A DNA stretch of 64,000 bases from Octopus bimaculoides (lineage: Eukaryota), in NCBI RefSeq assembly GCF_001194135.2, contig NC_069009.1:3539200-3603199 (forward strand), given 5' to 3'. The notes beneath the pieces were generated by a model, which was given only the letters and a program-made list of their open reading frames with translations, was not told the DNA's origin and did not search any database. Both the position numbers and the translations under genes were made by a program. Below are positions 11,956-24,817 of this stretch, in pieces; the first letter of the stretch is position 1; every line of letters begins with the position of its first letter.

Positions 11956-12580
11956 NNNNNNNNNNNNNNNNNNNNNNNNNNNNNNNNNNNNNNNNNNNNN
12001 NNNNNNNNNNNNNNNNNNNNNNNNNNNNNNNNNNNNNNNNNNNNNNNNNNNNNNNNNNNNNNNNNNNNNNNNNNNNNNNNNNNNNNNNNNNNNNNNNNNN
12101 NNNNNNNNNNNNNNNNNNNNNNNNNNNNNNNNNNNNNNNNNNNNNNNNNNNNNNNNNNNNNNNNNNNNNNNNNNNNNNNNNNNNNNNNNNNNNNNNNNNN
12201 NNNNNNNNNNNNNNNNNNNNNNNNNNNNNNNNNNNNNNNNNNNNNNNNNNNNNNNNNNNNNNNNNNNNNNNNNNNNNNNNNNNNNNNNNNNNNNNNNNNN
12301 NNNNNNNNNNNNNNNNNNNNNNNNNNNNNNNNNNNNNNNNNNNNNNNNNNNNNNNNNNNNNNNNNNATATATATATATATATATATATAGCCATGATAGA
12401 TCGCTAGCCACTACACATTCTTCATTTTCTCTCCTTGTTTCTTTCTATGTTCCTTTCTGTGGAAGTGCATAGGCTCAAAATGTTAAAAACTTTTTCACTT
12501 CCCGAGCGTTATACTAATACATCTGTTTGTTTTCTACACCACCTGTCTTCGTCTTGTTTTTTTTTGCGAATTCTCCCTAT

Positions 12581-12620
<40 letters not shown>

Positions 12621-13544
12621 ATATATATACTATGGGCTTCTTTCAGTTTCCATCTACCAAATCCACTCACAAGGCTTTGGTTGGTCTGAGAGTATAGTAG
12701 AAAAACTTGACTAATGTGTCATACAGTGTGTGTGTGTGTGTGTGTGTGTGTGATTGGGTTTATGTTTGTTCTCCACCACAGCTTGGTAACTGGTGCTGGT
12801 TTGTTTATATCCATGTTACTAAGCAGTTAATTGAATTAACTTGAAAAAAACATAATGGCGTCAAGGCAGTGCCCCTGCATGGCTGCAAACAAATGGCTGA
12901 AACACATAAAACGATATCCTTCCTGTCACCAACCAAGACCGGTAATAGTTACTCGACCATGAACAGCTCATTAACTGGAAACACTTGTCATGGAAGAGAG
13001 CAGACAAATGACAAGATTTTGTTTGGTTGATTGAATGGGAGATATTGTTTAGAGTCAGAGCAAAAATGTTAAGAAAGAGAGAGAGAGACACACACACACA
13101 CGCACACACACACACGCACACACACACACAGATATACAGACACACACACACACGCACACACACACACACACATGCACACACACGCACATAGTTGCTTGTG
13201 TACACACATACACCCTCAAACACATGTCATACACAGATACACGCAAACACACACACTCACATATACACACGCTAATACTCATGCCACACATACATATTTA
13301 TATACACTCACACACATCTATGCACACACTCTTTCTCATACTCTCGCAACACACACACACTCTTACATACAGAGCTACATGCATGTATACACAAACACAC
13401 ACTCTTACAAACACATGCACACATACATGCACACATATATATCGGCCAAAACAACTGTAGTAGTTAATAAACATTCTTGTGTCTTCCATCTCTCTCATTA
13501 ATGAAGTATATATATATATACATACATACTTATTTACACATACA

Positions 13545-14610
13545 TAGAAACACACACACATACACACATTCTCACACACTCACAACATGTACATATACAC
13601 ACACGTTTCCAAACATATAAACACACGCATAGAAACACACACACACACACACACTCTCACAACATGTACATATACACACGTTTCCAAACATATAAACACA
13701 CACATAGAAACACACACACACACACATTCTCACACACTCACAACATGTACATATACACACACGTTTCCAAACATATAAACACACATAGAAACACACACAC
13801 ATACACACATTCTCACACACTCACATGTACATATACACACACGTTTCCAAACATATAAACACACACATAGAAACAAAGACCTCACATTCTCACACTCTCA
13901 CAACATGTACATACACATACATGTTTACAAACATATAAACACACACATAGAAACACGCACACAGAAACACACACATACACACACATTCTCACACTCTCAC
14001 AACATGTACATATACACACATGTTTACAAACATATAAACACACATNNNNNNNNNNNNNNNNNNNNNNNNNNNNNNNNNNNNNNNNNNNNNNNNNNNNNNN
14101 NNNNNNNNNNNNNNNNNNNNNNNNNNNNNNNNNNNNNNNNNNNNNNNNNNNNNNNNNNNNNNNNNNNNNNNNNNNNNNNNNNNNNNNNNNNNNNNNNNNN
14201 NNNNNNNNNNNNNNNNNNNNNNNNNNNNNNNNNCACATGTACATATACACACACGTTTCCAAACATATAAACACACACATAGAAACAAAGACCTCACATT
14301 CTCACACTCTCACAACATGTACATACACATACATGTTTACAAACATATAAACACACACATAGAAACACGCACATAGAAACACACACATACACACACATTC
14401 TCACACTCTCACAACATGTACATATACACACACGTTTCCAAACATATAAACACACACATAGAAACACACACTCACACATACACACACATTCTCACACTCT
14501 CACAACATGTACATATACACACATGTTTACAAACATATAAACACACATATAGAAACACACACACATTCTCTCACTCTCACAACATGTACATACACACTCA
14601 CGCTTACAAA
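13545..14610. repeat. ~75-120-bp CA-rich minisatellite array
   Basis: Repeated cacattctcacac(a)ctcacaacatgtacatatacacacacgtttccaaacatataaacacacacatagaaac units. Confidence 0.95.
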
Positions 14611-15099
14611 CATAAATAGACACACATATACACGCATACACACACAAACATACAAATACACACACAAACACACATATCTACACACAATATACACACACAA
14701 ACACACACAATATACACAAATATATATATGGAGAGAGAAAGTGAGGGGATTAGGAGACTGAAGCCGACACACCAAACATAATTCAAAGCCTTGATGTTTG
14801 CAGATCAATATTGAGCTATTGATACGAGCTCAGTTTGATATCGAAGACACTGTTCCAATTCTAAATATATCGACGCTAAATATAAAGTCTTGGGATATGG
14901 TTTATTTCTTGAACACAGAATGGAGGTGTCGCTGTACATCATCAGTTTTTGCATTTGTGATGAGATGTATCCATGTGTGTGTGTGTGTGTGTGTGAATTT
15001 TGAATTCCACTTGTGTTATTCTTTACATATGCGACACATGGAACCAACCCTGGGTCGGATCCACAGTTTGTGTTGTATTGGGTTCCTATATGTATGTGT

Positions 15100-15389
15100 T
15101 GTGTGTTGGCACTCTGTCGCTTACGACATCGAAGGTTCCAGTTGATCCGATCAACGGAACAGCCTGCTTGTGAAATTAACGTGCAAGTGGCTGAGCACTC
15201 CACAGACATGCGTACCCTTAATGTAGTTCTCAGGGATATTCAGCGTGACACAGTGTGACAAGGCTGACCCTTTGAATTACAGACACAACAGAAATGGGAA
15301 GTAAGAGGGAGAGAAAGTTGTGGTGAAAGAGTACAGCAGGGTTCACCACCATCCCCTGCCGGAGCCTCGTGGAGCTTTTAGGTGTTTTC
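15100..15389 (-). mobile_element. SINE family D (head lost in gap)
   Basis: Matches 17521-17900. Confidence 0.85.
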
Positions 15390-15579
15390 NNNNNNNNNNN
15401 NNNNNNNNNNNNNNNNNNNNNNNNNNNNNNNNNNNNNNNNNNNNNNNNNNNNNNNNNNNNNNNNNNNNNNNNNNNNNNNNNNNNNNNNNNNNNNNNNNNN
15501 NNNNNNNNNNNNNNNNNNNNNNNNNNNNNNNNNNNNNNNNNNNNNNNNNNNNNNNNNNNNNNNNNNNNNNNNNNNNNNN

Positions 15580-15852
15580 GTTGGATGGTTTGACTGAGGA
15601 CTGGCGAACCAGATGGCTGCACCAGGCTCCAATCTGATCTGGCAGAGTTTCTACAGCTGGATGCGCTTCCTAACACCAACCACTCAGAGAGTGTAGTGGG
15701 TGCTACTACACTCTCGGAGTGGTTGGCATTAGAAAGGGTATCCAGCTGTAGAAACTCTGCCAGATCAGATTGGAGCCTGGTGCAGCCATCTGGTTCGCCA
15801 GTCCTCAGTCAGATTATCCAACCCATGCCAGCATAGAAAGCGGACGCTAAAC

Positions 15853-15898
<46 letters not shown>
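15580..15898. mobile_element. Two RTE 3' tails in head-to-head palindrome
   Basis: Arms 15580-15697 and 15705-15822 are near-perfect inverted copies. The right arm continues to the (GAT)n tail. Confidence 0.9.
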
Positions 15899-16588
15899 TT
15901 GACTTTGCCTTTCATCTTTTTAGGGCCTTCCATGTTTTCAATCTACTTCTTGAACACTGGGGTTGATGTAATTGGTTTTGCCCCTCCCAACCAAATTTCA
16001 GGCCTTGTTCTTACAATAGAAACGATTATTATTATTATTATTATTATTAAGGCAGTGAGCTGGTTGAGTTGTTAACATGCTGGGTAAAATGCTTAACTGC
16101 CTTTTATTGATCCTTAAGTTCTGGGTCCAAGTTCCACCAAGGTCCACTTTGCTTTCATCTTTTCAGGGTCGATAGAATAAAGTACTGCTTGAACACTGGG
16201 GTCAATGCAATCAACTTAGCCCCTCCTATCAAATTACTGGTTTGGTGCCCAAATTTGAACCCAGTATTTAATTATAAAAATATAATAGGATTTTTTGAAC
16301 ATAGAGGGATTATGAGGGTCCACCTGAGTAAAATAGGAACTAAAGGGGTTTATAGGAGGAAAATGGTTCAGAAACACTGGTCTATAGATTAGTGAAGGAC
16401 ATCGTTGGTCATCCTCGCATTTGACCATAGTTTACAACGTAAATTCTTTCCTTCCTGTGCTAATTTCAATGTGGCTTGCAATAATAGACTCCCCTCGTTT
16501 AGATGTTATAACAAAGCTTAATTATAATAATTTGTTTGTCTAAAGAGATGTAGAGACATGTTGGCATTTTGCCTGGTATTATATAAAT

Positions 16589-16637
<49 letters not shown>

Positions 16638-16739
16638 NNNNNNNNNNNNNNNNNNNNNNNNNNNNNNNNNNNNNNNNNNNNNNNNNNNNNNNNNNNNNNN
16701 NNNNNNNNNNNNNNNNNNNNNNNNNNNNNNNNNNNNNNN

Positions 16740-16783
<44 letters not shown>

Positions 16784-17178
16784 TGTATGTGTGTGCATGT
16801 GTATGTATATGTATACATGTATATACATATGTACATACACACACAGACATATATATGTATGTATATAAATGAATCTATACATTTGTGCATATATTTGTGT
16901 ATTTGTGTGTGTGCTTATACATACATACATACATATATGTATATATACATAGATATATGTATGTATGTATGCATGTATGTAAATATANNNNNNNNNNATA
17001 TATATGGTAATAGGGAGAGAAAGAGAGAGAACAAAATAGAGAAAGAGAGAGAGAGAGAGAACTGGTCAAATGATACAAATAGATAGAAAGGTAGACAGAT
17101 AGATAGACAGACTGATAGATAAACAGACAGACACACATAGATAATTAGAAAGATAGATGGATAGAAAAATAGACAGAC

Positions 17179-17220
<42 letters not shown>

Positions 17221-17520
17221 TCAAAAATATACAATTGTAAACTATATTTCATTTATTGACTATATGAAAATAAAATGTACTTAAAAATTTCCTGTCATTT
17301 AATTTATTTATAACCATGGACTAAAACTTGATATGTCACACAATATTCAGACGCCTGCTCTTAGGCTGGTTGATCAATATTGAACTGGAGACACTGACAT
17401 AGTTTGATATGCCGTGCAGCATCCAGAGACTTTAAATGCAATGATTCCAAATACAACTTGTTTATATACTGCCTTGATCTGTGCAAAATAACATCTCATT
17501 TAAACAATCTTCAGCTTTAT

Positions 17521-17900
17521 GTTGTTGTTGTTGTTGGCACTCCGTCGCTTACGACGTCGAGGGTTCCAGTTGATCCGATCAACGGAACAGCCTGCTTGTG
17601 AAATTAACGTGCAAGTGGCTGAGCACTCCACAGACACGTGTACCCTAAACGTAGTTCTCGGGGATATTCAGCGTGACACAGTGTGACAAGGCTGACCCTT
17701 TGAATTACAGGCACAACAGAAACAGGAAGTAAGAGTGAGAGAAAGAGTACAGCAGGGTTCACCACCATCTCCCTGCCGGAGCCTCGTGGAGCTTTAGGTG
17801 TTTTCGCTCAATAAACACTCACAACGCCCGGTCTGAGAATCGAAACCGCGATCCAATGACCGCGAGTCCGCTGCCCTAACCACTGGGCCATTGCGCCTCC
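17521..17900 (-). mobile_element. SINE family D, full length, with target-site duplication
   Basis: Minus-strand head ggaggcgcaatggcccagtggttagggcagcgg...ggtttcgattc (A/B boxes) and (AAC)n tail. TSD tcagctttat at 17511-17520 and 17901-17910. Confidence 0.95.
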
Positions 17901-18002
17901 TCAGCTTTATGATGCCCTAGTTTCGCATAGTTTAACACTTTTGTTACTCAATTTCTGTATAAAAACAATTAGTTTCAATCAAAAGCGGTGTTTTGGAATT
18001 TA

Positions 18003-18165
18003 TAGGCGCAGATGTGGCTGTGTTGAAGGAAGTTTGCTTCTCAAACACATGGTTCTGGGTTCAGTCCCACTGCGTGGCACCATGGGCAAGTGTCTTCTAC
18101 CATAGCCTCAGGCTGACCAAAGCCTCGTGAGTGGACTTACCAGATGGAAACTGAAAGAAGCCTGA
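18003..18165 (+). mobile_element. SINE family A 5' half
   Basis: ggcgcagatgtggctgtg...gggttcagtcccactgcgtggcacc...gaaactgaaagaagcc. Confidence 0.8.
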
Positions 18166-18425
18166 TCTATACATGTATATATATGAGCCTACGGAATCAG
18201 CAGAAACTGACTGATCAGTATCAGGAATTCTTGTGCTTTTGGGTGATTACAATCTCTCTCACTCCTTATTTATACAATTATCTGCTTTAACTACAGCATT
18301 AAAGCTATTTAGCTCTTATTTCTAGCAATGTAGGTGTTCAAACACCCTAATTATATTTAGTGACAATTATAGTTTTCCTTTTTGGTAAAACATTGTACAC
18401 AGCTGTCTATATTAATTTATTATTG

Positions 18426-18461
<36 letters not shown>

Positions 18462-18648
18462 CAATAAGAAAATGGAGGGGAATATGAGGTACTCATCAAC
18501 TTACAGACACTGTATTCTGTTGATTAATCTAATTATTTTATAACCAAAATGACAATAAAGACAATATACAGACACTTATGACATACCATGTCATATCAAC
18601 AATTACGATTTCAAATTTCAAGGACATCTAGCAATTGGGGAAGGGACA

Positions 18649-18784
18649 AAATCTTACAGCTGTTTCGGCCTAGCGTTGGCATGCCCCATTCTATCTCTAA
18701 AGCTCCAGTGCACTAGAATAATTGGTAGATGAAAAGGATGTAATGGGGGTACATGCATGATTCACTAGGCCTCTTCAGAGATTT
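18649..18784 (-). ncRNA. Type I hammerhead ribozyme with canonical core and 87-nt loop II, in a probable PLE terminal-repeat remnant (~18460-18860)
   Basis: AAATCT-CTGAAGA-GGCCTAGTG-(87 nt)-CGCTAGGCC-GAAA-CAGCTG-TA-AGATTT: 6-bp stem I, 9-bp stem II, palindromic ACAGCTGT stem III, GUA triplet. Confidence 0.85.
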
Positions 18785-19329
18785 ACAAAATTCAATTCAT
18801 AGCAAAAGAGATTGATAGAAAAAGTACATAGCTTAAAAAAATAAAGAAGTACTAGGGTTCATTCATTCAAGTAAAGTTTTTTCAAGGCAGTGTCCCAGCA
18901 TGGCCGCTGTCAAATGGCTGAAATGACTCAAAGATAAAGGACAAAAAATAGATGAACATGAAGTTTCCATTGACGACTTCGTTGTCACCGCCATCGTCGT
19001 CATCAGTGATGTCATTATCTTTAGAAGGGGTGCTGAAAGTTCCTATAATGGAATCTAATAAAGGTAATGGCGTGGCTGTGTGGTTACAAGCTTGCTTCAC
19101 AGTCACATGGTTCCAGGTTCAGGCCCACTGTGTAGCACTTTGGGCAAATGTCTCCTACTATAGCTTTGGGCCAAAGACACTTGCTCAAGGTGTCATGCAG
19201 TGGGACTGAACCTGGAACAATGTGGTTGGGAAGCAAGTCACACCTGCAGTTATATATGTAAGGAAATAAAAAATTGTAGGTGTAGATGATCTTTAATTCA
19301 TAATCCAGATTGGTACAGAATCAATATAC

Positions 19330-19900
19330 ATTTGAAAAATTGTTTTGGAGTCTAATTAATTCAAAAGACAAAAGCAAAAAATTATTCTGAAAAAAAATTA
19401 GATTCTTCATAAGGAATGAATAATTACGACTAACAAAAATGACAGAAAGACCTTTCATAGCACAGACAGGAATGAATATATAATGATAGAATGAAAGATC
19501 ACTAGAATGCTAGATAATTCAAAACCAGAAAAATATATATAAAAAAACCACTACAAAAATAATAGGTTATCTAATCAAAAATTAAAAATTAATAACTACA
19601 AACTGGTATATTATTCACTAAAAAGTAATAAACGTTCTAATTCAAAGTTAAAAATATGGTAATATCAAATGAAAATAAAAATAAAAAGCAAGTCTTTTGT
19701 TCATAAAATGGCCATCTACAAGAAAAACAGTAGAATGGATAAAGAGAAAGAGTAGTATTAGTGAGAGGAGAGGAAAGAGTAATACAGTGAAGGAGAGGTA
19801 GAGAGAATAATAGCCATGACTGAAAGAGTGAGAGAAAGTAATAACTGTTTGAGAAAGAAGAACGCGGTGTGTATCCTCTGTTCTCAACATTTGAATGAAG
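19330..19900 (+). mobile_element. Possible heavily decayed LINE ORF2 remnant
   Basis: Strong A-rich strand skew and a frame KMAIYKKNSRM...ERIIAMTERVRE with several stops. Resemblance only. Confidence 0.25.
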
Positions 19901-20113
19901 GAAGGGGTCAATAAAGTAAAAAAAAAAAAAACAGCTATTCAACTCTGTGTGAGTATATAAGTTCAACTAAAGGTTAGAAACCTCATTAAGGGATAACAAA
20001 ATCCAATGAATATACTGGTTTATTACCTATTACAAAAAGTATTGAATATTACATTTAATATTCAACTGTAAGGTAATTGAATAAACTGGGGTTTATATAT
20101 ATTTTTAAGGAAA

Positions 20114-20329
20114 TAAGAAAATAGAGATAATTAAATTAAAATAATTATTTATTAATTAATTAGTATAATTAAAAACATTTTAAAGTTGAATCTCATCAGA
20201 GGTGGAAAAAGTTATACTTTTACATTTTCATATTATTGTGTGCTGAGTGAAGGGAACAAATCCACCGTCAGAGATAGGGTCCAATTTTGTAATTAATAAA
20301 TAATTAATTTAATTATCTCTATTTTCTTA
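20114..20329. repeat. Short element with ~40-bp AT-rich terminal inverted repeats
   Basis: taagaaaatagagataattaaatt...aattatttattaatta versus its reverse complement at 20290-20329. Confidence 0.75.
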
Positions 20330-20962
20330 CACACACACACACACACACACACAAATATATATGTATGTATGTGTGTGTGTGTGTGTATATATATATATGT
20401 ATATATATATATATAAACAATATATGAGTATGTGCATATATATGTACATGTATGTATATACCTTCATCCACATGTACATATAGATACATAACTGGGTACA
20501 TGACGTGGCAAAAGAACATGGACAAAATGGTAAACAAGGTGCAACAAACAAGCAGGCCACATAGAAACAACTCCTTCATCAGCTGCCACCATTAAAACCC
20601 CGGCGTTTCGAAGAATTAAGGCAGTAAGTTTTAACTATTTTTATATATATATANNNNNNNNNNNNNNNNNNNNNNNNNNNNNNNNNNNNNNNNNNNNNNN
20701 NNNNNNNNNNNNNNNNNNNNNNNNNNNNNNNNNNNNNNNNNNNNNNNNNNNNNNNNNNNNNNNNNNNNNNNNNNNNNNNNNNNNNNNNNNNNNNNNNNNN
20801 NNNNNNNNNNNNNNNNNNNNNNNNNNNNNNNNNNNNNNNNNNNNNNNNNNNNNNNNNNNNNNNNNNNNNNNNNNNNNNNNNNNNNNNNNNNNNNNNNNNN
20901 NNNNNNNNNNNNNNNNNNNNNNNNNNNNNNNNNNNNNNNNNNNNNNNNNNNNNNNNNNNNNN

Positions 20963-21170
20963 TTACTCTTACTTCCTGTTTCTGTTGTGCCTGTAATTCA
21001 AAGGGTCATCCTTGTCACACTGTGTCATGCTGAATATCCCCGAGAACTACGTTAAGGGTACACGTGTCTGTGGAGTGCTCAGCCACTTGCACGTTAATTT
21101 CACGAGCAGGCTGTTCTGTTGATTGGATCAACTGGAACCCTCGACATCGTAAGCGACGGAGTGCCAACAC
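20963..21170 (+). mobile_element. SINE family D 3' half
   Basis: Reverse complement of 17521-17730. Confidence 0.85.
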
Positions 21171-21257
21171 ACACACATATATATATATAAGGATTTACTT
21201 TTCGTAATGAGATAAAAAAACCAAGGATGTGTATAATATAGAACATTTATAAATTGT

Positions 21258-21555
21258 GGTGCAGGAGTGGCTGTGTGGTAAGTAGCTTGCTTACAAACCA
21301 CATGGTTCCGGGTTCAGTCCCACTGTGTGGCACCTTGGGCAAGTGTCTTCTACTATAGCTTCGGGCCGACCAAAGCCTTGTGAGAGGATTTGGTTGACGG
21401 AAACCGAAATATATGTATATATGTATGTGTATATGTTTGTGTGTTTGTGTTTGTCCCCCCAACATCGCTTGACAACCGATACTGGTGCCACGCAGTGGGA
21501 ATGAACCTGGAACCATGCGGTTCGTAAGCAAGCTACTTGCCACTCCTACGCCTAT
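21258..21555. mobile_element. SINE A (+) abutting an inverted SINE A head (-)
   Basis: Head at 21258-21340 and reverse-complement head at ~21487-21555. Confidence 0.75.
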
Positions 21556-22134
21556 GTTGAATAAAATCATAACTAACTGATCTTCCAGCATTTTCTTTTA
21601 TTCAAAGCCAAGAACTTTTAGGACCATCTTGTATACGCACGGACACACACACACACACACACACTTTGTGTCTGTGTTTGTACCCCCCTCTCACCGCTTG
21701 AAACTGGTGTCATGCTTACATCCCTGTAACTTAGCAGTTTGACAAAATTGACCGATAGAATATGTACCAGGCTTAAAAAAAATAAGCCCTGGAGTCAATT
21801 TGTTCGATTAAAACCTTTCATGGCAGTGCTCCAGCATGGCCGCAGTCAATATCATTTAGTATTACACAAGATTTTAATTGGAGCTGCTATTAGTTTCATA
21901 CTATGAAAACACAATAAACCCTTTCTCGCACGCACGCACGCACGCATGCACACACACACATCTGAATGTTCTGAACGAGTTGAGAGCCTGTGCGTGGTTT
22001 CTCGACTTGCTAGAAATAGCAGCCCTCATCAGAAAAGGGACGCGTTGAATAATGTTGTGATCCTGGGATCCCCACCACTCCAACTGCCATCACCACCATA
22101 CATATACACACGAGAGGAGGCGCGATGGTCACGC

Positions 22135-22484
22135 TTGGAAAACCGGCCGATGATCATGATCTATTCGTTCAGGATTAATCTGGAGTTAAACAATTGTTTT
22201 AGCTCCATAGCTTTCATTCTCTCTCTCTCTCTATCTATCTGTGACTTCTATATCTCTGTCTCTTCTCCTCATTTCTCCTTCTTTCTCTCTCTTTCAATGT
22301 GTGTCTATAATTCGTTGGAAAACCGATGATCATGATCAATTCGTTCAGGATTAACCCGGGGTTAAACAATTGTTTTAGCTCTATAGCTTTCATTCTCTCT
22401 CTCTCTCTCTCTATCTGTCTGTGACTTCTATATCTCTGTCTCTTCTCCTTCTTTCTCTCTCTTTCAATGTGTGTCTATAATTCG
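22135..22484 (+). repeat. Two-copy ~175-bp tandem duplication
   Basis: ttggaaaacc...gatgatcatgatc...tgtgtctataattcg occurs twice (22135-22314 and 22315-22484). Confidence 0.9.
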
Positions 22485-23000
22485 CATTTGTTCCGCTTTC
22501 ATTCATTCATTCATTCAACGGCACGCACGCATTCATTCAAACTAAGTACATTTTAGCGCCAAATTGTTTGTTATTGAGTCACAAGTCAGTCATTATTCTA
22601 TCCTCTGCCCCCTCCCTCTTATATTCTTTCTTTTTCCACCTTCCCTTCCCTTCTTTGGTTCTCACTTTCCTCTCCCTTTTTCTCCTTTTCCTTTTGTCTC
22701 TCTCTCTCTATTTCCATACTACTTCTCTCTCTCCCTTCTCTTTCTCTCTCCCCTCGTTGTGTTTTGACTCTCTCTTTCCTCTGTCACCAAGAAACTTCTT
22801 TCTCTCTTTTTCTCGATGTTCTCTCTCCCCTCCCTCTCTTTCTTTGCTTTTTCTCTTTCTTTTCTCTCCCTCCCTCCCTCTATTTCTTTGCTTTTCCCCT
22901 TCCTTCTCTTTCTTTTCTCTCCCTCCCGTCTCCGTTTTAATAGCTATTTTGATTTCATTCCCTTCCTCTCCCTATTTCATTATTTTCCCCTTATTACCTT

Positions 23001-23130
23001 TCTTGGATCTTTCTGATTTGACGGGCAACACTTGTTTTCTTAACGAAACACTTTCAAACTTGGGACACTGGTAGAATGTGTCATATAAAACAACTTCTTC
23101 TCTTAGCCTTCTTAACAAAAATTAGGGATT
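23001..23130. mobile_element. Dispersed repeat fragment, probable DNA-transposon end (related copy at ~56980-57060)
   Basis: aacactttcaaacttgggacactggtagaatgtgtcatataaaaca is shared with 56995-57040. Confidence 0.5.
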
Positions 23131-24124
23131 NNNNNNNNNNNNNNNNNNNNNNNNNNNNNNNNNNNNNNNNNNNNNNNNNNNNNNNNNNNNNNNNNNNNNN
23201 NNNNNNNNNNNNNNNNNNNNNNNNNNNNNNNNNNNNNNNNNNNNNNNNNNNNNNNNNNNNNNNNNNNNNNNNNNNNNNNNNNNNNNNNNNNNNNNNNNNN
23301 NNNNNNNNNNNNNNNNNNNNNNNNNNNNNNNNNNNNNNNNNNNNNNNNNNNNNNNNNNNNNNNNNNNNNNNNNNNNNNNNNNNNNNNNNNNNNNNNNNNN
23401 NNNNNNNNNNNNNNNNNNNNNNNNNNNNNNNNNNNNNNNNNNNNNNNNNNNNNNNNNNNNNNNNNNNNNNNNNNNNNNNNNNNNNNNNNNNNNNNNNNNN
23501 NNNNNNNNNNNNNNNNNNNNNNNNNNNNNNNNNNNNNNNNNNNNNNNNNNNNNNNNNNNNNNNNNNNNNNNNNNNNNNNNNNNNNNNNNNNNNNNNNNNN
23601 NNNNNNNNNNNNNNNNNNNNNNNNNNNNNNNNNNNNNNNNNNNNNNNNNNNNNNNNNNNNNNNNNNNNNNNNNNNNNNNNNNNNNNNNNNNNNNNNNNNN
23701 NNNNNNNNNNNNNNNNNNTCTTGGATCTTTCTGATTTGACGGGCAACACTTGTTTTCTTAACGAAACACTTTCAAACTTGGGACACTGGTAGAATGTGTC
23801 ATATAAAACAACTTCTTCTCTTAGCCTTCTTAACAAAAATTAGGGATTTTTATGATTTGACGGGCAACACTTGTTTTATGTAGTATTTTTGGTACCGAAA
23901 CACTTTCATTCTCTTTTATCCCTCTCATAACCTTAATTTCAGTTTGTTGTTCTGTGTTTCTCATTATATATATATCATCCCCTCTTTTAAACTCTTAATT
24001 TATCATCTTTTGCTCAATTTTCATCAATCTTTCTCGTTTTTCACGCGACATTTCGGTCTCTCTTCTTTTACTCTTTTACTCTGCCTCCCACTCACTTGTA
24101 TTGCATTCCTCTATTTCTTTCTCT

Positions 24125-24339
24125 TTACTCCTTTACACCTTTACTTGTTTCAGTCTTTTGACTGTGGCCATGCTGGAGCACCGCCTTTAGTCGAGCAAAT
24201 CGACCCCAGGACTTATTCTTTAGAAGCCTAGTACTTATTCTATTGGTTTCTTTTCCCGAACCGCTAAGTTACGGGGACATAAACACACCAGCATCGGTTG
24301 TCAAGCGATGTTGGGGGGGACAAACACAGACACAAACAT

Positions 24340-24370
<31 letters not shown>

Positions 24371-24478
24371 CATATATACGACGGGCTTCTTTCAGTTTCC
24401 GCCTACCAAATCCACTCACAAGGCTTTGGTCGGTCAGAGGCTATAGTAGAAGACACTTGCCCAAGATGCCACGCAGTG
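24125..24478 (-). mobile_element. 5'-truncated SINE A flanked by a ~175-bp direct duplication
   Basis: Flanks 23950-24124 and 24480-24655 are near-identical direct repeats. Confidence 0.9.
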
Positions 24479-24817
24479 TTTCTGTGTTTCTCATTATATA
24501 TATATCATCCCCTCTTTTAAACTCTTAATTTATCATCTTTTGCTCAATTTTCATCAATCTTTCTCGTTTTTCACGCGACATTTCGGTCTCTCTTTCTCTC
24601 TCTCTTTTACTCTGCCTCCCACTCACTTGTATTGCATTCCTCTATCTCTTTCTCTCGTGATTTTCTCTCTAACTTTCCATTCCCTTTCATTTGCTACTCT
24701 CCTCATTCCTCATTACGCATCCACTGTCCCCTTCAGAATTATTTCTCTCCTTCCCTCCTACTCTTTCTAATTTCTCTTTCTCTCCAATATTACTCTCTTT
24801 CTCTTTACTTTATTCCT

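Noticed and set aside
14802-14930. Possible plus-strand exon after tttgcag (INIELLIRAQFDIEDTVP...)
   Set aside because: Weak donor options, no recognisable homology and no partner exons.
20570-20615. Minus-strand CGAAACGCCGG...CTGATGAAG motifs
   Set aside because: The order would need a type II fold, and I could not form stem I or a convincing stem II.
21985-22035. Minus-strand CTGATGA followed by a hairpin and GAGAAAC
   Set aside because: There is no C11.1-G12 junction, stem III or UH triplet, and the sequence belongs to the satellite-like family.
23001-23850. Identical 130-bp repeats either side of a gap
   Set aside because: Most likely contig-end overlap rather than biology.
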